A stretch of DNA of 64,000 bases from Thermoplasmata archaeon (GTDB taxonomy: Archaea; Thermoplasmatota; Thermoplasmata; Thermoplasmatales; GCA-001856825). The stretch spans positions 21,484 through 85,483 of the forward strand of contig JBMFVV010000001.1 of the NCBI GenBank assembly GCA_049965815.1, read 5' to 3'. Positions 59,075 through 64,000 of the stretch are shown here, piece by piece (position 1 is the first letter of the stretch; each line of letters starts with the position of its first letter). The notes under the pieces are model-generated. The model ran no database searches. It was not told the origin of the DNA and worked only from the letters and a program-made list of their open reading frames with translations. Made by a program: the position numbers and the translations under genes.

Positions 59075-60808
59075 TTGAATTCGATGATTGATATGAGTTC
59101 GCAATACATTGAACGGGAAACAGATGTTCTTATAATTGGTGCAGGGGGTGCTGGAATGAGGGCAGCAATCGCCGCATTCGATTCCGGATCAAGCGTTACA
59201 ATCCTCTCAAAGTCACTGCTTGGAAAGGCGCATACGGTCATGGCAGAGGGGGGCATAGCAGCATCACTGGCAAACGTTGACCCAAAGGATAGCTGGGAAG
59301 TCCATTTTGCCGATACAGTTGAAGAAGGGGTATACATCTCGAATTACAGGATGGCAGAGATTCTGGCCAAGGAGGCTCCAGACAGGGTCAGGGAACTGGA
59401 GGAGTACGGTGCACTTTTCGACAGGACTCCTGAAGGTACAATCATGCAGCGTGCTTTTGGTGCCCATACATACAGAAGACTCTGCCATGTGGGGGACAGG
59501 ACAGGTCTCGAGATCATCAGGACTCTGGAAGATCAGATTCTTCACAGGGACATAAAATTCTTCGATGAGCTCTATGTGACAAAACTCCTGAAGGACGGGG
59601 ACAGGGTAGTAGGTGCAATGGGAATAAAGCTCAACACGGGGGAATTCTATGTTTTCAACGCAAAGTCCGTGATAATATCAACAGGTGGATGCGGAAGGAT
59701 ATACAAGGTCACTTCCAACTCATGGGAATCAACGGGAGACGGCCTTGGGCTTGCATATGAGGCAGGCGCTGAACTGATGGACATGGAAATGATACAGTTC
59801 CATCCAACGGGCATGGTCTTCCCTCCGGGAGTTAAGGGGTTGCTCGTCACTGAGGGGGTGAGGGGTGAGGGCGGTATCCTCCTGAACGCCAATGGTGAAA
59901 GGTACATGCAGCGTTATTCCCCAAAGAAGATGGAACTGGATGCAAGGGACATAGTTGCAAGGGCAAATTACGCTGAAATAATGGCCGGAAGGGGGACAGT
60001 ACATGGAGGTGTCTACCTGGACATTACGCACAAGGGTGCTGATTTCATAAAGAAAAAATTGCCAAGCATGTACAAACAGTACATGGATTTCGCTGGTGTG
60101 GATATCACAAAGGAAAAGATGGAAGTTGCACCAACGGTCCACTACCAGATGGGGGGGATAAGGGTTGATCCAGAGACTGGGGCAACAAACGTCCCCGGAC
60201 TATTTGCATCTGGAGAGGTGGCGAGCGGCCTCCATGGCGCCAACAGACTGGGAGGGAATTCCCTTGCAGACATACTTGTGTTTGGGAGAAGAAGCGGGGA
60301 GGGGGCATCTGCCCATGCAAGGAATGTATCTCCCGGGAAGATAGATGAATCTGTCGTCTCAGCAGAAATGGAGAGAGTGAAGTCTTTCCTCGGAAAGGAG
60401 GGGATGAACCCGCATGACCTGGCGTCAAGGCTAGAAGAGAACATGAGCGATAACGTTGGAATAATAAGAGATGAAGAGAAACTGAATAAGGCACTGGCAG
60501 TGATCATGGAACTGAAGGAATTATCCAAGAAAGTAGCTGTTCACGGGAGTCTCAAATACAACAAGGGCTTACTTCAGGCTCTCGAGCTGCCATCGATGCT
60601 CACTGCTGCGGAGGCGATAGTGAGGGGTGCAATAGAGAGGAAGGAGAGTCGCGGTGCACACGCAAGAAGCGACTTCCCCAAGAAGAATCCCGAGATGAGG
60701 AAGAACATCATCTACATTAAAACTGAGAAAGGTATGAAACTTGAATGGAGAGAAGTCCCGCCCATGCCTGATTATCTTAAGAAACTTGTAAAGGAGGAGG
60801 AATACTGA
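59075..60808 (+). CDS. sdhA: Succinate dehydrogenase/fumarate reductase flavoprotein (actinobacterial Sdh1-like)
   Basis: GAGGAG, KAHTVMAEGG covalent-FAD His, QFHPTG, TEGVRGEGG, HYQMGG, HGANRLGGNSL; start may be ATG 59084 or 59093. Confidence 0.93.
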   Translation: MNSMIDMSSQYIERETDVLIIGAGGAGMRAAIAAFDSGSSVTILSKSLLGKAHTVMAEGGIAASLANVDPKDSWEVHFADTVEEGVYISNYRMAEILAKEAPDRVRELEEYGALFDRTPEGTIMQRAFGAHTYRRLCHVGDRTGLEIIRTLEDQILHRDIKFFDELYVTKLLKDGDRVVGAMGIKLNTGEFYVFNAKSVIISTGGCGRIYKVTSNSWESTGDGLGLAYEAGAELMDMEMIQFHPTGMVFPPGVKGLLVTEGVRGEGGILLNANGERYMQRYSPKKMELDARDIVARANYAEIMAGRGTVHGGVYLDITHKGADFIKKKLPSMYKQYMDFAGVDITKEKMEVAPTVHYQMGGIRVDPETGATNVPGLFASGEVASGLHGANRLGGNSLADILVFGRRSGEGASAHARNVSPGKIDESVVSAEMERVKSFLGKEGMNPHDLASRLEENMSDNVGIIRDEEKLNKALAVIMELKELSKKVAVHGSLKYNKGLLQALELPSMLTAAEAIVRGAIERKESRGAHARSDFPKKNPEMRKNIIYIKTEKGMKLEWREVPPMPDYLKKLVKEEEY

Positions 60809-61557
60809 TGGAAACAATAAAGGTAAGCGTGTTTAGGAGAGACCCTGCAACTGAGAGTGAGGGTAGATTCGTTGATTACGAGGTTCCAAAGGAGGAGGGG
60901 ATGGTTGTACTTGATGCAATGAAGTATATAGAGAAACACATAGACCCCAGCCTCTCCCTGAGATGGAACTGCATGGCGGGGAAGTGCGGTTCCTGTTCTG
61001 CGGAAATCAACCACCGCCCGTCACTCATGTGCAAGTCAAGGGTGGATTCATACAAGGGAGAAAAGGTAACTGTTTCTCCGCTTGCAGCCTACCCGCTCAT
61101 CAAGGACCTTGTCACAGATGTGTCTCAGAACTGGGACCTCCTCAGGAAAATACCAAAATTCACTCCAAGAGAGGGCCTCGAAAAACCCTGGAAAATTTCC
61201 CAGGTGGATATAGAGCGGTCGAAAGAATTCAAGAAGTGCATAGAGTGTTTTCTGTGCCAGGATGTGTGTCATGTGATAAGGGAGCACAACTCTGGATATT
61301 TTGGTCCCAGGCATATTGTTAAGGCGGCGTCGCTGGATATGCACCCTCTTGATGCACTGGACAGATCGACGTTCATGAACAAGGATGCTGGTCTCGGTTA
61401 CTGTAACATCACCAAATGCTGCACAGAGGTATGCCCTGAGGAAATTCACATCACAGACAACGCCATAATTCCAGAGAAGGAGCGGGCAGTAAATGCACAG
61501 TACGATCCCCTGGCAATGCTTGTCAGGTCAAGAAGAAAGGGGAGAGGAAATAAATGA
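60808..61557 (+). CDS. sdhB: Succinate dehydrogenase Fe-S subunit
   Basis: RWNCMAGKCGSC, CIECFLCQDVC, CNITKCCTEVCP, ITDNAIIP. Confidence 0.93.
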   Translation: METIKVSVFRRDPATESEGRFVDYEVPKEEGMVVLDAMKYIEKHIDPSLSLRWNCMAGKCGSCSAEINHRPSLMCKSRVDSYKGEKVTVSPLAAYPLIKDLVTDVSQNWDLLRKIPKFTPREGLEKPWKISQVDIERSKEFKKCIECFLCQDVCHVIREHNSGYFGPRHIVKAASLDMHPLDALDRSTFMNKDAGLGYCNITKCCTEVCPEEIHITDNAIIPEKERAVNAQYDPLAMLVRSRRKGRGNK

Positions 61558-62273
61558 GGGCTGCGAACGAATCACCCATAAGGCACCTGATTCCGCCTGA
61601 ATTCCTTGAACCAAACTGGAGATTCTGGTCATTCGTATTCATATCAATCCTTGGTTCCATTTTGATCGTTATGTACAAGGTACCCGTTTATGACGGCCTC
61701 ACCGATCCATTCTACACCCCCACGGTCCTGATCCTCCCACTTGTCGTACTGTTCAGGTTGACCTGCTATGCGTACAGGAAGGATTATCACAGGCACCTGT
61801 TCAATCACCCCAACAGCTGCGCCACAGACGTCAGGCTTGACTCCAGCAAAAGGGGGTACAGCGGTGAAACTGGATTCTTCAGGATAGAGAATACACACAG
61901 ATACTTCATGTATACAGCATGGGCAATACTGCCATTCTTCTATTATGACATATACCATTCAATAGTATATACAGGTGCGATAACCGTAAGCCTTGGGACT
62001 ATTATACTCACGGTAAATGCACTTGCTGTAACATTCTACACTTTTTCCTGCCATTCAGTAAGGCACCTGATCGGTGGATACAGGGACTGTGTCAACTGCC
62101 CTGTGAACCAGAACAGGAAAAATTCACTCTACAGGTTCCAGTCAAGGCTGAATGGGCATCATGAGGCACTAGCGTGGACGAGTCTCATAATGTTCGTGTT
62201 CGTTGACCTCTTCATCCGGGGAATGGTTGCCGGAGTTGTGCCGAACATACTGCTGATTCATATGGGGTTGTGA
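61554..62273 (+). CDS. Sdh1-type membrane anchor (Rv0249c-like)
   Basis: FRLTCYAYRKDYHR, HRYF, YTFSCHSVRHLIGG, HEALAWTSL; about 5 TM segments. Confidence 0.8.
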   Translation: MRAANESPIRHLIPPEFLEPNWRFWSFVFISILGSILIVMYKVPVYDGLTDPFYTPTVLILPLVVLFRLTCYAYRKDYHRHLFNHPNSCATDVRLDSSKRGYSGETGFFRIENTHRYFMYTAWAILPFFYYDIYHSIVYTGAITVSLGTIILTVNALAVTFYTFSCHSVRHLIGGYRDCVNCPVNQNRKNSLYRFQSRLNGHHEALAWTSLIMFVFVDLFIRGMVAGVVPNILLIHMGL

Positions 62274-62277
62274 TGAT

Positions 62278-62448
62278 ATGCTGAAGATACTTCCTTCAAG
62301 ATACAGATACCCCCTTTTCTTTCTGGGAATTCTGTTGATGGAAATAGCCGGGGTCCTTTACAAGGTAACTGATCTGGGAGAAGGTGGTACGGAGGTGTTG
62401 ATCATTGTTGGTTTCCTTACGTTTGCGTTCTCTATTCTCGCCACCTGA
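62278..62448 (+). CDS. Small 2-TM membrane protein (56 aa)
   Basis: Manual translation MLKILPSRYRYPLFFLGILLMEIAGVLYKVTDLGEGGTEVLIIVGFLTFAFSILAT; 4 nt after the anchor stop, GGGG SD-like upstream. Confidence 0.7.
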   Translation: MLKILPSRYRYPLFFLGILLMEIAGVLYKVTDLGEGGTEVLIIVGFLTFAFSILAT

Positions 62449-62574
62449 CGATGAAAAGGGGGATTGAAGTTAATCTTTGTTCATTGAATTTTTACTTTTA
62501 GTGTACTTAATTTAATTAAGGTCAAAAAACTGAGAATTTTTATATCGTCTTGAACTTTAGTAGTGGAGATCTAT

Positions 62575-64000
62575 TTGGTCGAAATCTTTGATTACGATTT
62601 AGTTATAGTCGGTTCCGGTCTTGCGGGTCTTAGAGCTGCAATAGAAGCTGCCAAAGTTGGAAAGGGAAAATTGAAGATTGCAATCATTGCGAAAAATCAA
62701 CTGATGAGGCCCCATTCAATTTCTGCAGAGGGCGGTTCCGCAGCCGTTCTCTATACGGATGAGGGAGATTCATTCGATCTGCATGCGTACGACACCATCA
62801 AGGGATCAGACTACCTCGCCGATCAGGATGTTGTTGAATTCTTTGTGAGGCAGTGCCCTGTGGACATACTGGAACTTGAACACTGGGGGATTCCCTGGGC
62901 CAGAAGGGAGGATGGAAGAATAGCCCAGCGTCCTTTCGGTGGCCATTCATATCCGAGGGCAACGTTTGCTTCAGACAGAACGGGATTCTACGAGGTTCAT
63001 ACCCTCTACGACACCATGCTCAAGTATGGAAACATCGACAAGTTCCACGAGCAATTTGTATATGATATACTGGTTGACAACAACACATTCAGGGGCGTAC
63101 TGGCCTTCGACATACCCACAGGCGAAATAAGGATATTCAAGGCAAGGGCTGCGATAATAGCGACTGGAGGGCTGGGCAGGCTGTACGGTTATACCACGTA
63201 TTCGCATCTAGTGACAGGGGACGGACTTGCAATAGCACTCAGAAGGGGTCTCAGGATGAAGGACCTGGAGTTCGTTCAGTTTCATCCAACCGGACTAGTT
63301 CCATCAGGAATACTGATAACAGAGGGTGTAAGGGGGGACGGCGGGATACTGAAGAATGCCAAAGGTGAAAGATTCATGGAAAAATATGCTCCGTCAAAGA
63401 AGGACCTTGCACCTAGGGATATAATTTCAAGGAGCATGATGACGGAGATACTCGAGGGCAGGGGATACAAGGGCCCGGACGGACTGGATTACCTGCTGCT
63501 GGATTTCTCGCCTATTGGCGAGGAAAAGATAAAGGAGAAACTGTCACAGGTGAGGGAAATAGGAATCCACTACGTTGGCCTGGATCCGCTCACGTCTCCG
63601 CTTCCTGTCAGACCTTCCGCCCATTACACAATGGGTGGAATAGATATTACAACAACTGGTTACACAGGAGTTACTGGCCTCTGGGCTGCCGGTGAGGCTG
63701 GCTGCATCTCCGTACACGGATCAAACAGACTCGGTTCAAATTCGACAAGCGAATGCGTAGTCTTCGGAAAGCAGGCGGGTGGCGACTCTGCTAAATGGCT
63801 CCTGTCCAACGAAAAGCAGGTGAATCTATCCGAAGGGGACAGAGCTTACGCTGAGAATTTCATAGCTGATGCATACAAGGATAAGGGAGACAACGACCCA
63901 TACGACATCAAGAGGGAACTCTGGAAGACCATGGACAAGGATGCGTATGTCTTCAGGAATGAGAAGGACCTCACGGATGGATTGAGGATTGTTCGTGGGC
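62575..64000 (+). CDS. sdhA: Second succinate dehydrogenase flavoprotein, 3'-truncated by window end
   Basis: TTG start; IVGSGLAGLRAA, RPHSISAEGG, QRPFGGH, QFHPTG, HYTMGG, HGSNRLGSNS; absent from ORF track because there is no stop in the window. Confidence 0.93.
   Translation, partial: MVEIFDYDLVIVGSGLAGLRAAIEAAKVGKGKLKIAIIAKNQLMRPHSISAEGGSAAVLYTDEGDSFDLHAYDTIKGSDYLADQDVVEFFVRQCPVDILELEHWGIPWARREDGRIAQRPFGGHSYPRATFASDRTGFYEVHTLYDTMLKYGNIDKFHEQFVYDILVDNNTFRGVLAFDIPTGEIRIFKARAAIIATGGLGRLYGYTTYSHLVTGDGLAIALRRGLRMKDLEFVQFHPTGLVPSGILITEGVRGDGGILKNAKGERFMEKYAPSKKDLAPRDIISRSMMTEILEGRGYKGPDGLDYLLLDFSPIGEEKIKEKLSQVREIGIHYVGLDPLTSPLPVRPSAHYTMGGIDITTTGYTGVTGLWAAGEAGCISVHGSNRLGSNSTSECVVFGKQAGGDSAKWLLSNEKQVNLSEGDRAYAENFIADAYKDKGDNDPYDIKRELWKTMDKDAYVFRNEKDLTDGLRIVRG

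Noticed and set aside
181-63470. Many antisense or overlapping ORFs in the track (e.g. 3319-3864, 13414-14019, 44513-45070, 62939-63130)
   Set aside because: Shadows of well-supported genes, with no motifs of their own
1-64000. CRISPR array, rRNA, provirus, integrase or tRNA att duplication
   Set aside because: No regularly spaced repeats, rRNA-like tract, viral or recombinase genes, or duplicated tRNA 3' ends were found by eye

Overview
Gene-dense archaeal chromosome segment, most consistent with a Thermoplasmatales/Thermoplasmata-type acidophile (inferred from gene content: Sm-L37e-purF, XPB-Bax1, XPD, CarS, GGR, a GDGT ring synthase, Taw1 and a bacterial-type grpE-dnaK-dnaJ operon). It is mostly core genome: por/ior 2-oxoacid oxidoreductases, acs, glyS, alaS plus two AlaX editing proteins, three tRNAs (Glu-TTC, His-GTG, Ala-GGC) and two tandem succinate dehydrogenase operons. 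No CRISPR array, rRNA, integrase or intact transposase was seen. Items missing from the ORF track were recovered: rpl37e, a 56-aa membrane microprotein, a second sdhA, a 5' partial CDS and an N-terminal extension of the S2P protease. Best leads: (1) a GDGT ring synthase divergent from a MarR gene across a 45-bp palindromic spacer, followed by a DedA gene, a candidate regulator of membrane-lipid cyclisation; (2) a ~390-bp non-autonomous IS200/IS605-like element keeping both end hairpins and a putative omegaRNA region; (3) an actinobacterial Sdh1-like operon with an extra microprotein; (4) three KaiC/RAD55 ATPases, one pseudo-ATPase and one REase-fold fusion; (5) a multi-stem intergenic candidate ncRNA. 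All family calls are by eye from motifs; no database searches were run.
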